NCBI GenBank assembly: GCA_903813345.2
Contig: CAIIXF020000001.1
Location: 46,624,001 to 46,688,000, forward strand
DNA: 64,000 nucleotides
Source: Owenia fusiformis
Taxonomy: Eukaryota
Direction: 5' to 3'
The position numbers and the translations under genes are program-made. The notes under the pieces were generated by a model. It was not told the origin of the DNA and searched no databases. It saw nothing but the letters and a program-made list of their open reading frames with translations. Positions 39,147 to 50,970 of the stretch are shown here, piece by piece (position 1 is the first letter of the stretch; each line of letters starts with the position of its first letter).

Positions 39147-39682
39147 CACTGGTGATCCACTCGATTACGCTGGTTACCAAAACGGTTCGTTTTGGTAACC
39201 AAATGGCGGAACATCCGGAAGGTACGATTTTCTCGTTTCCTTATTTTACACGTTTTAGGCAGAATTCCCATGACATTTTTTAACACAAACGTGTATCAGT
39301 ATCATATGTTTAAGAAATTGTACATATTTGCGACCAAATAGTTCAGAAGACAACAGAATCGTCGATTTACTTCCTCACTTAAGTTACATAAACGGTTTGG
39401 GTTAAAAGTGCAGATCTTAACTGATTTTCGGAAAACCGTTTATGTAACTTAAGTGAGGAAGTAAATCGACGATTCTGTTGTCCTCTGAGCTATTTTTTCG
39501 CAAACATGTACATTTTCTAAAACATATGATACTGCTGTACGTTGTGAGAAAAAACGTCATAGGGATTCTGCCTACAACGCGTGAAATAAGAAAAACAGAA
39601 AAATAGTGCCTTCGACGTTCCGACATTTTGTTACCAAAACAGTTCGTTTTGGTAACCAGCGTAATCGAGTGGATCACCAGTG
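39147..39682. mobile_element. 536-bp foldback MITE with CAC...GTG termini and 5-bp TSD
   Basis: Arms of about 250 bp are inverted copies (CACTGGTGATCCACTCGATTACGCTGGTTACCAAAACG at both ends); ATTAG at 39142-39146 and 39683-39687. Confidence 0.9.
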
Positions 39683-41577
39683 ATTAGGAGGCCCTCCTGA
39701 AAGGGCCTCCTATAGCTTTTGTAGCTTTTCTTTATTCTTTATTCTTTATTTTTATTATTCTTCCAAAGCATTTTTCTCCTACTTCCAACTAGCTTTCAAC
39801 TACCTACTATATGATCCTACTAGTAACCTTGGCTGGAATAGGGGGGAAAATATTTTTTATCTAGGTCAAGGTCAAAGGTCAAAATCTAGGTCAAATCTAA
39901 GTTTTTTTTAAAGTTTCTCAAGTTTGTCCTTATACTTCATTATTTCTTGCGATGAATTAAACTGAAACTACATTTAAGTATTCTCTACAAATTGTTCACT
40001 ATATGTCAGCATTAAATTTTTACCGTTTTTGAGATATTTGACGTCAAAAAACGGTCAAAAAAGGTCATTTTTTAACTTGCTTCAATCTGACCAAATTTTT
40101 TTTTAAAAATCATCTACAAGTTCCTAGGAGTCCGAATCTGACCTCAGATTTGACCTTTGACCTTTAGTTGACCTTCAATGACCTTCGAAAGGTCAGAAAA
40201 GTTGATTTTTCAAACTGAGTCTTTGGATTCAAATTTAAGTCAATCTAATTACAAATAGCCTACTGAGGTCTAAAAATTTCAAGGTCAAAGGTCAAGGTCA
40301 TCAAATTAGGTCACAAACTGTGCTATCTAAGTTTCTCATAGTTCAAGACTACAAATCAATATTTTTAATTGAAAGTCAAGATGTACATTCCTCTGAGGGT
40401 TCTACACATATTAGTCATTGACTATTTATTAAAAGTTTGTCCCAGTTTTGAGACATAAGAGCTCAAAAACTGAAAAAGGTCAATTTTTTAAAGTTTATAA
40501 GGTCAAATTTTAACTTGCTTCAAATTCACCAAACTTTTTTTTAAAAATCATCTACAACTTCTCAGGAGTTCATATTTAACCTCAGATTTGACATTTGACC
40601 TTTAGTCGACCTTCAGTGACCTTCGAAAGGTCAGAAAAGTTGATTTTTCAAATTGAGTTTTTGGATTCAAATTTAGGGTAAGCCTAATCATAAAAGACCC
40701 ACTGAGCTCTAAAACAGTAAAATTTTCAAGGTCAAGGGTCACGGTTATCAAATTAGGTCAAAGGTCAAAATCTAGGTCAAATCTAAATTTTTTTCAAGTT
40801 TCTCAACTTTGTCCTTATACTTCATTATTTCTTGCGATGAATTAAACTGAAACTACATTTAAGTATTTTCTACAAATTGTTTACTATATGTCAGCATTGA
40901 ATTTTTACCATTTTTGAGATATTTGACGTCAAAAAACGGTCAAAAAAGGTCATTTTTCAACTTGCTTCAATCTGACCAATTTTTTTTTTAAAAATCATCT
41001 ACAAATTCCCAGGAGTCCGAATCTGACCTCATATTTGACCTTTGGCCTTTAGTTGACCTTCAATGACCTTCGAAAGGTAAGAAAAGTTGATTTTTCAAAT
41101 TGAGTCTTTGGATTGAAATTTAGGTCAGCCTGATTAAAAAAGACCTACTGAGGTCTAAAAGGGTAAAACTTTTCAAGGTCAAAGGTCAAGATCATGAAAT
41201 TAGGTCACAAACTGTGCTTTCTAAGTTTCGCAAAGTTCGAGACTACAAACCAATATTTTTACCCCAAAGTCGAAATATACACATCCCTCTAATTAAGGGT
41301 TCTACACATATAAGCAATTGACTATCTAATAGAATTTTGTCCCAGTTTGAGATATAAGAGTTCAAAAATTGAAAAAAGGTCAATTTCGAAATTTTTCAAG
41401 TTCAAATTTAAACTCGCTTCAAATTGACAAAATCGTTTTTTGAAAATCATCTACAAGTTCTCAGAAATTCACATCTGACCTCAGATTTGATATTTGTCCT
41501 TTAGTTGACCTTCAAATTGTCAAAAATGCCTAAGAGGGCCTCCGTGAGATTGCTTGCAATCTTCAAAAGTCTAGTTT
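39683..41577 (-). mobile_element. HINE/pearl-like element, same family as 59842-64000
   Basis: Terminal hairpin GGAGGCCCT-CCTGAA-AGGGCCTCC, (TTCTTTA)n, core units of about 886 bp made of two related halves, other end GGCCTCCGTGAGATTGCTTGCAATCTT...CTAGTT. Confidence 0.85.
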
Positions 41578-42490
41578 TATTTGGATCTGTCAGGGAGGCA
41601 AGTTAACTGAAGATTATGCAGGTGTGCCATCTTTAAATAAAGAGAAAAACTAAATTCACATTGAAATAACAGCAATGGTCCATTTGACTTATTCTCAAAA
41701 AGAGGGGTTAAGAACATGTAGATATAGATGCTGATCCTATGCCACATCACCATCTGAAGATGATGCTACTGCCAGCTTAGGGATGTTAAGTTTTGGGGTG
41801 TGCATAGATAGTAAAAATAACATTAAATGAAAATTATTGTTTATTTATCACAATAACATACAATGGAATACATCTACATATGATTTTGCAACAAAACAGA
41901 ACATAATATTATTCTTTATAACAAAGTTTTCAACAAATCCCAATATGTATACAATGAGATGTCTAATTTTTTGAATTTCATGATTCATTACTGATATCAA
42001 CTGCAATTTTTTCCAAATTGATTTAACTCACATATTTTGCCATAGGTCATAGAATATTTAGACAGCTAACATAAGATTTAGAATAAGAAAAAAATGCAAA
42101 AGATGTATCATAACTTGAAGGGGCAACAAAGATGAGCTCAAAGCAACTTTCTCAAAAAACTGACCAATGAATTTTAGTTTTTTCTAACAGCAATTTTCTC
42201 AAAAGTTAAACAGTTCTCACTTCATTTCATAGTAACGCTTTGATTTTTTTTAGGTTATTTTGCAATCATTCTGAAAAAGTAAACATTGTTTTTTGAATTG
42301 TAACGAATTTGGACATTTATGCATGTTAAATCTTCAATAGGTTATCAGATATCTCAATCTCTTTTTTAAATAATGAAATGATGTTTGTAAGGTAAACATT
42401 GGCATGCTTTTTGAAAAGATTGCTTCCATCACCCTCTATTCTTTGCTGCAACTTTAATAGCAATCTGAATAAACAAAATGCATATACATG

Positions 42491-42696
42491 CAGTGATCTC
42501 CCCAGAATTAAAGCAAGCGGGCGCAGCACCCACCTGAGATTTTAAAAACAGGCTTGCACCCACCTGAAAAATCCATTTGCACCAACATGAAAATGAGAAA
42601 AATCATAAAAATTGGCATATTTTGATAAATTTTGGTCTGCATTGTGAAAATGAGAATTTTGCACCCACTTGATAAAAAATCCTGTGGAGATCACTG
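42491..42696. mobile_element. Short MITE
   Basis: Terminal inverted repeat CAGTGATCTCC / GGAGATCACTG; no clean TSD. Confidence 0.6.
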
Positions 42697-43226
42697 ACAT
42701 GTATTAATATTTATGAACACATTACAGAGGCTTCATCACGGGTCATCCGCAAATTTCCAATTGTGTTTGTGATGTGGATGGGCAATGATGAGGACTCTGA
42801 ACTCTACAATAGCAATGGCAACTATATTTAACAGTGGTAGAATGTGAGTGTTCAGGGGGCTCAACATTGAATTCTCTTCCAAACCTTTACCTGATCCCTG
42901 ATCCATTCTGAGTATGGCAATTACATAATTCAACTCATATTTACCATATACTCATATTTATTTATATTTGAGATTGTGGTAAAATAAAAATTTCCCACTA
43001 ACAAAATTGCTCATTCGTTCTAGTAGATTAGATATATAGCTTTCAATGGGAAAAATTCAAGATTAGCATTTGTGATAGCATTCTTGCATAACTTAGAGAT
43101 CATCAAACTACTCAACCCTTTCAAGCTTCACTCAACTTGTCACATCATCTTTTAATGGCAAAAGAAATAGTTTTCCGACTAACTGATGTCACTGATGTGT
43201 CAAACATTGGCACAACACCTACAGAC

Positions 43227-43457
43227 ATCCCATAATTCCAAGATTGCCTAATCCCATAATTCCAAGATTGGCAAATCCCATAATTCCAAGATTGCCTAAT
43301 CCCATAATTCCAAGATTGGCAAATCCCATAATTCCAAGATTGCCTAATCCCATAATTCCAAGATTGGCAAATCCCATAATTCCAAGATTGCCTAATCCCA
43401 TAATTCCAAGATTGGCAAATCCCATAATTCCAAGATTGCCTAATCCCATGATTCCAA
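43227..43457. repeat. 24-bp minisatellite organised as a 48-bp dimer, about 9.5 monomers
   Basis: ATCCCATAATTCCAAGATTGCCTA strictly alternates with ATCCCATAATTCCAAGATTGGCAA. Confidence 0.95.
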
Positions 43458-43681
43458 AAATGGCCATTCACCACCATATTTACTGAAAATAACATCCATG
43501 TTAGAATAACATCTTGTTACAACATGTATATGATAATAACATAACTTAAAGCATCATTTGACTGCATTTGAATGCATGATAATGTCATATCTATCAGCAT
43601 CAAAACATAAACTGTTTCAGAAAACACTTTGAATATATCAGAAACAAGTCAAATTCTTTACTTCAGAGAATATTTTTAATT

Positions 43682-43724
43682 TATTGAGACTTTCGACTAA
43701 TATCCCTTAGTCTTTTTCAAAATA
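43682..43724 (-). ncRNA. Minimal hammerhead-ribozyme-like motif in the Penelope pLTR (sense copy)
   Basis: TATT-TTGAAAAA-GACTAA-gggata-TTAGTC-GAAA-GTCTC-AATA: perfect 6-bp stem II and short stem I, but the core is UUGAAAA rather than CUGAnGA. Confidence 0.55.
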
Positions 43725-43940
43725 TAACAGCATGTATACATTTATGTGACGTCATAAACAGACAATGGAAAATTTAATTATGTAACAAATGACCTAGTAA
43801 CCTAAAAAATAACAACAACAAAAAACATAGATACGAAAAAACGAATGACCTAATAATAACCTTAAGATAAATATATCATCGTTATGGTAACAATTAAACT
43901 CAAATATTACTATTGCATACTTTGCTATACCATTCTTAAT

Positions 43941-44708
43941 TTACAATATTTTATGATACAAATTGTCCAACTGATACCCATTATCTCTGTTCATTTTAGG
44001 TTGCATTGTTTTTATATGAATTGCTTCCTTAACCCTACGTTTAAGATCATGACTCTCATTATCAATGATTTTTACATTGTTCCAGTTTATATTATGATCA
44101 TATTCCATGGAATGTTCAATAACCGCAGAAGCAAGACCTCCAGTCGACAGTAATGTGGGTCTACGATGTTCTCTGATTCTAGTAACTAGTTCCCGCTTTG
44201 TTTCACCTACATAAGTGGCAATACAGTCTTTACAATCAATTTTGTAAATTACACCGGACTTCTTTTGATCATTAGTTTTGTCCTTTAAATGCACCAACTG
44301 TTTCTTGATAGTATTCTGCGATGAGAAACATACTCGGACACGATGCCTTTTAAAAATACGCCGTTAACTGGTTGGAAATACTAGGGATATACGGAAGAAC
44401 TGCAGTACACCTTATATCGTCATCATTTCTTGTTCTGTTTACATTATTTGTCGCATGTCTTTCACCTTCTTTAATCAGCCATTCCGGGTACCCACACTCC
44501 TTTAATGATCGGCAAACCAGTTCCTTTTCTTTCTTTAGATCTTCCTCTTTAGTTACCAATGTTTCTGCCCTCCTAAAGAGGGATTTGACAACTCCTCTTT
44601 TAGTATCAAGAGAATGATTTGATTGGAAATGCAAATACTGATTTGTGTGCGTTGGTTTGCGGTAAACACTAAATGACAAAGATCCGTCTTGTTCAATGAT
44701 GATATATT
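43941..44708 (-). pseudogene. Penelope RT C-terminus and GIY-YIG endonuclease, one frameshift
   Basis: SVYRKPTHTNQYLHFQSNH and VLPYIP in one frame; GVIYKIDCKDCIATYVGETKREL..RIREH...EAIHI...MNRDNG in the next. Removing 1 nt near 44363-44366 restores QLRRIFKRHRVRVCF. Confidence 0.9.
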
Positions 44709-44864
44709 GATGATATATTTATCTTAAGGTTATTATTAGGTCATTCGTTTTTTCGTATCTATGTTTTTTGTTGTTGTTATTTTTTAGGTTACTAGGTCAT
44801 TTGTTACATAATTAAATTTTCCATTGTCTGTTTATGACGTCACATAAATGTATACATGCTGTTA

Positions 44865-44907
44865 TATTTTGAAAAAGACTAAGGGATATTAGTCGAAAGT
44901 CTCAATA
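44865..44907 (+). ncRNA. Minimal hammerhead-ribozyme-like motif (inverted pLTR copy)
   Basis: Mirror copy of 43682-43724. Confidence 0.55.
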
Positions 44908-45941
44908 AATTAAAAATATTCTCTGAAGTAAAGAATTTGACTTGTTTCTGATATATTAACCAGAGAGATGAACTTACATAGAACTTTGAATATACATTTT
45001 ACAGATCAGGAGTGTTATCGAGAATCACTGTATATTTGAATATATATTTTACAAATCAGGAGTGTTATCGAGAATCACTGTATATGTTCATTTACACCAT
45101 CTATTCAAATTATACATATCATTGAAGCAGAATCATAGGATAGAGAGCATTTTTTCCAAATATGTCACAATTTGAAGCCCAATGTCATATCAGACCATGT
45201 ATGGCAATTTTATACAGGAACATCATACATTATGATCATCATCATATAAAGGAACACTACCTCTATTCTCAGTGTTATTAGACACTGCATGTTGAACAGT
45301 GATGCCAAAATGATATCGAGATCTCTTCAGCAAGAGAACTACAATTTAGCATTCTTCAAGTGCGACATGACAAGAATCATATACAAATCCTTATATAGAC
45401 ACTGTTGATGAAATGGACATGGTCAGGTATAATATTAAGGTGCATATATGCTACAGTACTTATTTTTTCAGTTTCCCAAAAATCTCTTACAGTTTAGGAG
45501 GTTCGTTTCATAATACAGTCTAATGCATGGAGACAGAGATCCGTTGTTACAGTATTTGTATATGGGACTAATCATTATCTTAGACTAATTGTAATACAAA
45601 AACTGTACATAAATGCTATTTACATTTTGCACCATTATAATACAATAAACTTTTGATGTACAACACATGTTGCTTTGCATGTATGTGTGTATGATTCACT
45701 CTACTATACCTAACACCTAGAAATGCATAAGATAATTTGTTTGTCTAATTGTATTGTTTAGTATATTTTTGAAAGTGCCTTAGTAACATCTAACATTCAA
45801 CCCATAAAGCATTAATAAGGAACAGAGAAATAAAAACAAATAAAGAATCATTACTAATAAACCAAACGAGTTGCTCATGAACACCAAATGCAAGGTATAG
45901 TAGAGTGATGATTGCGAGCTTGAATGTTTTTGTGTATGCAT

Positions 45942-46226
45942 CAGTGCCTCTAGCATAGCCAGATGAGGCAGATGAGGCACTTGCCTCGTCTCTATTTTAA
46001 CATCCTTTGAGATATCCCTCTATCAATGATGAGTTATAAATTAATTGTATAACTTTTATCGATTTGGGAATATAAATGATGGAAATGTTTCTCACAAGAT
46101 AATTTTTCCATGATGGGGTCACATGTAATTAGCGAAGCCAGGATGAACCGCCTTGTCGCTTTTTAAAGGTTTGGAAATATTTTTCGCCTCGTCACTTTTT
46201 TCTTCGTCTTCCTGGCTACGTCACTG
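45942..46226. mobile_element. Possible degenerate MITE
   Basis: CAGTG...TAGCCAG at left vs CTGGCTACGTCACTG at right; repeated GAGGC / GCCTCGTC submotifs; no clean TSD. Confidence 0.45.
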
Positions 46227-46676
46227 AGTGCATGTCTGTCTGTTTTATTGTGTTGAGATTTCACACTAAGGTTGAAAATGAATGTGAGGTACAAAGAAGA
46301 GAATCCAATGACACATGTCTATCATTTACTTCATAATGTCTACCAGTACAAATCTGACTTTCTGTTCATGTACATTTACTGGTATTTGAATCTCAGTACA
46401 TAAGTCTTGACTTTCAGTACATTATCTGTCTATTGGAACATATGTTTGTCTCTCAGTTATTGTACCTGACTTTAAATACATATGTTAACCTTTCTTGCAA
46501 TGTGTCTGAGCTTGAGTGACTTTCTATATATTCTGTGTCTTACTATAGTAAGATATAGAAGTACATGTCTTTTTTAATCTAAATATCTATGTCAACTGTA
46601 CATTATAACTCTGACTCCTGTATATAAATCTGATTTTCTCTACATATGTCTGAACAGGTACATTTGTACTAGGTTT

Positions 46677-47762
46677 CTATGTAAGACGCTTTCTTCCAAA
46701 TTCTTCATCAATCATTCTCTGAAGTTTTTTCTTACCGCTATGGACAAATTTTACATGCTCGACAACTACATCATCAAACTTTGTATCGCCACCATTCTTG
46801 GCATATTGTTTACAATGTAGTCTTGCTTTCACCATTTCAGTGATCACAGAGCCGTATGAACCATGTCCACAATCCTGAAACTGGTGTTCAAACGAGTTCC
46901 TGTATGCATCGATTAGAGTGTTCCCTAAGCTTGAGCATTTTTTCAACAGATCTGGACATTTCTCAAGATGCTGTAATACTCTGAGAATAATCTCCGGGTG
47001 TTTACTGCAAGTTTCACTGAGCGTAGAGACCATTTTAGTAAACTGTTCACTCTTTGAGATCTCTTTAGGCTGACCCAGGGCACCACTTGTACACAGTTTG
47101 TACATCCAGTCTATATGATTGAGCACAGTTTGGCTGGCCTCATACCCATTATACGACTTCTCGAGTTGTTTTAGAGCCAACTCAACTATATCCATAGTGT
47201 TTTTGTCCATAATTTCCGATTTCACTTTTTTAGCATCATGTTGCATTTTGGCAAGTTGGAACAAAGCATTTGGTGGGTAGCGATTAGCATTGGCGAGAAT
47301 CTTCATGACGGCCTTTGTGTAGTTGGAGTCATTTGGCTTGAAGAATGAGAGAAGATCACAGGCGTGTTCCTCGTGCTGCTCTACAGACTCGTAGTAGTGC
47401 ATAATAAGTGTGACAACCTCCTTGGGGAGAGACTTACATTCAAGTATGGTCTCCTTTAGGTGCATCAGCAGCCGCTTAATCTCATAATTGGAGAAAAATT
47501 CCCGCCAATCAGAGACAAATAGCTTAAGACAGCTAATTCCGACTTTCTTTGCCAGAGTCAGAATAAAGTCTTTATCTCGTTGATCCAGCAGGAAGTTGAA
47601 GACGATGCCATTCCCACGGGAAAGTTTCACACAATGAACAACAACCTTGAGACAGCTTTCTATGTGGTCCTGGTGGGTGATCTTACTCATGTGAAGCTTT
47701 AGATTGCTACATATCATCTGTAACAGTCTGTGGTCCTCATAGCCCTCCAAGTTTTGAAGTAC
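46677..47762 (-). CDS. ZSWIM4/5/6/8-like helical protein, last coding exon
   Basis: ttttag acceptor, phase 0, open to TAG at 46677. C-terminus YGSVITEMVKARLHC...KFDD...VKFVHSGKKKLQRMIDEEFG resembles the ZSWIM-family end (Y..F...L.KAR..F......F.....K..YKGKKKL......ERFG). Confidence 0.85.
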   Translation of the reverse strand, partial: VLQNLEGYEDHRLLQMICSNLKLHMSKITHQDHIESCLKVVVHCVKLSRGNGIVFNFLLDQRDKDFILTLAKKVGISCLKLFVSDWREFFSNYEIKRLLMHLKETILECKSLPKEVVTLIMHYYESVEQHEEHACDLLSFFKPNDSNYTKAVMKILANANRYPPNALFQLAKMQHDAKKVKSEIMDKNTMDIVELALKQLEKSYNGYEASQTVLNHIDWMYKLCTSGALGQPKEISKSEQFTKMVSTLSETCSKHPEIILRVLQHLEKCPDLLKKCSSLGNTLIDAYRNSFEHQFQDCGHGSYGSVITEMVKARLHCKQYAKNGGDTKFDDVVVEHVKFVHSGKKKLQRMIDEEFGRKRLT

Positions 47763-48119
47763 CTAAAACATACACAAACAAAAAATATGTATAATAATCA
47801 GAATTCAAATCGAGAAGTACATGTATTTTCCGATCCATACACCTCAGGGGTAGTGCTTACCCATGATGCAGCCCCTGGTAAGACTTCTTTGTTTATTCCC
47901 CTTTTGTGCTTTCTCATTTCATTCTCAGAAATTCCTGGGGGATAATATGGCATAACTTGAGTAATTAACCACCAAGGTAAATAACAGTAAATATACTTTA
48001 CTTTCCAAAAAATAATGAAATATTGATCAAACTCATCCTAGCCAAGTCAAGGCATGTAAAAACATTATTTAATCATTTATCATACATAAAGGATGTGAAG
48101 AGTAAATAATGTTGAAAAC

Positions 48120-48256
48120 CTTAGTTAGCAGTTCGTGGTTAGACCTCTTACTGACATCTATTTCAGCTAGGAAAGTTTCAGATATCTGTGTTAGTTTCTT
48201 AGCAGCAAAATCCCTGTGTTGTCTTGAGAGTGCCTCTGTTTGACCATCATCAAACA
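48120..48256 (-). CDS. ZSWIM-like gene, internal exon
   Basis: 137 nt, ttacttttcag acceptor, AAG|GTTTTC donor; phases 1 and 0 fit both neighbours. Confidence 0.8.
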
Positions 48257-48283
48257 CTGAAAAGTAAGAAATTAAACAATTTA

Positions 48284-48440
48284 GACAAAGCATTAACAAA
48301 GTGTCACCACCTGCCATTTGTTACAGATGCCAATGTTATAAATGCCATGTTTACAGACGCCAGATGCTGAACACCAACCACCGCCACAAAAAGTTGGAGA
48401 CTATAACACTATGTCACCTCTTGTGGTGATGACATAAAAA
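48284..48440 (+). mobile_element. Minimal HINE/pearl-like element
   Basis: ACAAAGCATT...GTGTCACCACC and 3' hairpin TATGTCACC-TCTTGT-GGTGATGACATAAAAA. Confidence 0.55.
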
Positions 48441-48943
48441 ACAGTTAAAATTCAATTCATTTATTTAAAAATTAACAAATAATGATGTTTTTAGGCTCAT
48501 TAAGAATGACCTGTTTATACAATAATAATATATTTACAATTGCTTCCCCAAAGCGCATAAAAAGTTAATAATTTGCTTAGATGAATGTTTTAAGCATCTT
48601 CTAGCTATATATTCCCCATCTTCTTTCTCTTTATAACCCACCTCCCTTTGTAACATTTGAAATCACTGATTGCACACTTCCGAATCTGATTCAAAACTCT
48701 TTGAAAATACTGTCTGACAAAACATTGCTAAAATCTCATTTTGATGAAAACAATTTAATTTAAAAGTTCAAAAGTCAATAGATATTGGATGATAAACAAT
48801 GGTTTGAAAGGTCGTTTTTTGCCACAAATGTATTTTAGCTGAGAAATTAAGGCTAGGATTTGATTGTTTTTAGCCATACATCAGGTTTTAAATTATCTTA
48901 GAGAGTGACCAGATCAGCTTGACCTTGCAGTTTTAACACAGGC

Positions 48944-49248
48944 CAAGGAGGATTGGCTCCCAGGATCGAAACTCGATATTTTCCAACAATGAAAACGTCG
49001 AAATGTCGTTATTTTCTGAAATTAAAACCGACTATAAATTCAAAATAAACAGTTCAAAAGATTCGAACCAATATCTCGATCGTTTCTTGTGAGTTTTGGA
49101 ATTTTTCGTTTGGAAATAAGACCAAAATTCACGATTTAAATGTTGAAGTGAACAAAATGGCGGCTGTTTGAATTCGAATTTTGTATTACGACATACCCAT
49201 ATATGGGACAGAATATCGGTGGTGCACTCTGGGAGCCAATCCTCCTTG
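48944..49248. mobile_element. 305-bp MITE with 20-bp TIRs and 9-bp TSD (Mutator-like by TSD length)
   Basis: CAAGGAGGATTGGCTCCCAG / CTGGGAGCCAATCCTCCTTG; AACACAGGC at 48935-48943 and 49249-49257. Confidence 0.85.
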
Positions 49249-50195
49249 AACACAGGCCATCAATTTCACTTTCCAAATATGGCAACTGTCAATCAAATCT
49301 GGCAGAGTTTCAGAGAAAGTGAATTTCAGATTGATATGCTGATTTAATTCATTTTTGTCAGAAGATTGAAATATTTGAGGGTTTGTGAAAATATGATTTA
49401 AAATAAATTGGAACTTTAATTGCATAATATTAATTGATTTATTTTGATCAGTTTATTGTGATCTGTTTGCAAAAGATATTGGTAGCAGGAGACCTATTAC
49501 GAGTAATTATTTGATGTTTTGGGATTGTTGAAATACCTGAAATGTTTGTTTAGCAATAACAATAAAATGCTTATCATTCATTAGAGATATGTATTAATAA
49601 TATAGACTATGATACATGTTTGCATAAATACATGTAATGTACATTTGTAGAGATGTCACAGAAAAAAAATCGAAACGGTTTGGTTTGGAACATTTTGGTT
49701 CAGAACTGAACAGAGTAACTGTGTATTAGGTTAAAATAAGTTGATTGTCTAGGTTTATTTGGTCGCGAAAAGCTCTTCAAAACCCTTCAATGAGAAGGAG
49801 TGTAAAGAATGGACTTCTTTAGGTGCAAAATATTGAAAGAAAAATGCTGTTTTAAGGGCCACAAGTTGTGAAAGGGTAAGATTTTCTTGTCCTGGAACCG
49901 AACAGAAATTCTTAATTTTTGTTCTGTGTTCTGTTCCCGGAGAGTGTAATTCCGCGGGTCGGAACAAAACCGGGTATCCATGACACCTCTATCAATAGGT
50001 ATAAACAATGGACTTTTAAGATATGAATGTTTTTTTGAATTTCTTTGAATTATTTATAAAACATACAGAGATTTTTTATTGGAATGTGTTGAGGAATCAT
50101 TTTTCTCCAAGTTTGAAAACCCAAGGTGATGGTCATATATGGAATTTGAAATGTTGGATACCCTTTCTTGAAAGCCATACTAATTCTGTACTTAC

Positions 50196-50533
50196 GCTCA
50201 AGCATTATGTCGAAACTGTTACTAGAGGGTAGAGTAAATTTCTCTTGTGGGTTATTGGAATCTAGAAGTAAGTTAGCGCACATCTCCACAAGGGGGCTCT
50301 GTAGATCACTCCTGCCCGTAGCGAGACTAATCAAGGCCTCAAACAGCACCAATGGGTAAACGCCATCATAGAATCCAATCCCGACACTGTTGATTGCATC
50401 AATGTATTCCTTTACGATTGAGCTAGCAACATTTGGATATCCCTGGAGGTGATCAAGAATGCTTCTCTCAACCTTGTATAGCCAGTTGTGCTCAGCAGTG
50501 GTAATGTTATTACGGTTTGCCACCGTGCGGAAC
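50196..50533 (-). CDS. ZSWIM-like gene, internal exon
   Basis: 338 nt, ttcattctag acceptor, C|GTAAGT donor; open frame; phases 2 and 1 fit neighbours. Confidence 0.85.
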
Positions 50534-50629
50534 CTAGAATGAAGAACTTTTAATCAATTCTTTTTCAATTTAACACTCAAATTGGCTCACATGGTCTTGT
50601 GGTACAGTGTACTAGTTTTTGGGACAAAA

Positions 50630-50970
50630 CATTCAAAATTGGCATCTAAAAATTTACCCAGAATGTCTCAAGACTAAGCATTTGTAGACATTGATACCAA
50701 GAAATATCTTTGAAAATTTCAGAGTGATCCATGAAATAATCTGGTTCAAAAGATGTAGAGAAGACTTTACAGACATTATTTTTAGATAGAAAATCCAAAA
50801 TGGCCACCCTAAGATTTACCCAGAATGACCCAAACTAATCAGTTATTAAGTTTTATATCATGAAACATTCCTAAAATTTTCAGATCAATCCATCAAATGG
50901 TTTGGCTTGAAACCTGTAGAGATTTCATAGACAAGATTTAAGGATCAAAAGTCCCAAAATCGCCAACAAT
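50630..50970 (+). repeat. Two degenerate units related to the 162-bp core repeat at 57590-58475
   Basis: Shared CAAAATGGC...TTTACCCAGAATG...GTAGA...ACAGACA motifs. Confidence 0.6.

Larger units (their letters stand above)
43632..44982 (-). mobile_element. 5'-truncated Penelope-like retroelement with inverted pLTR
   Basis: RT thumb plus GIY-YIG coding remnant; 249-bp inverted repeat 43632-43880 vs 44709-44957 with a 25-nt extension on the right copy; flanking direct repeat ACTTTGAATATA at 43626-43637 and 44983-44994. Confidence 0.92.

Noticed and set aside
49648..49991. Possible MITE with TAGAGATGTCA / TGACACCTCTA ends
   Set aside because: Imperfect 11-bp inverted repeat, no TSD and no second copy in the window.
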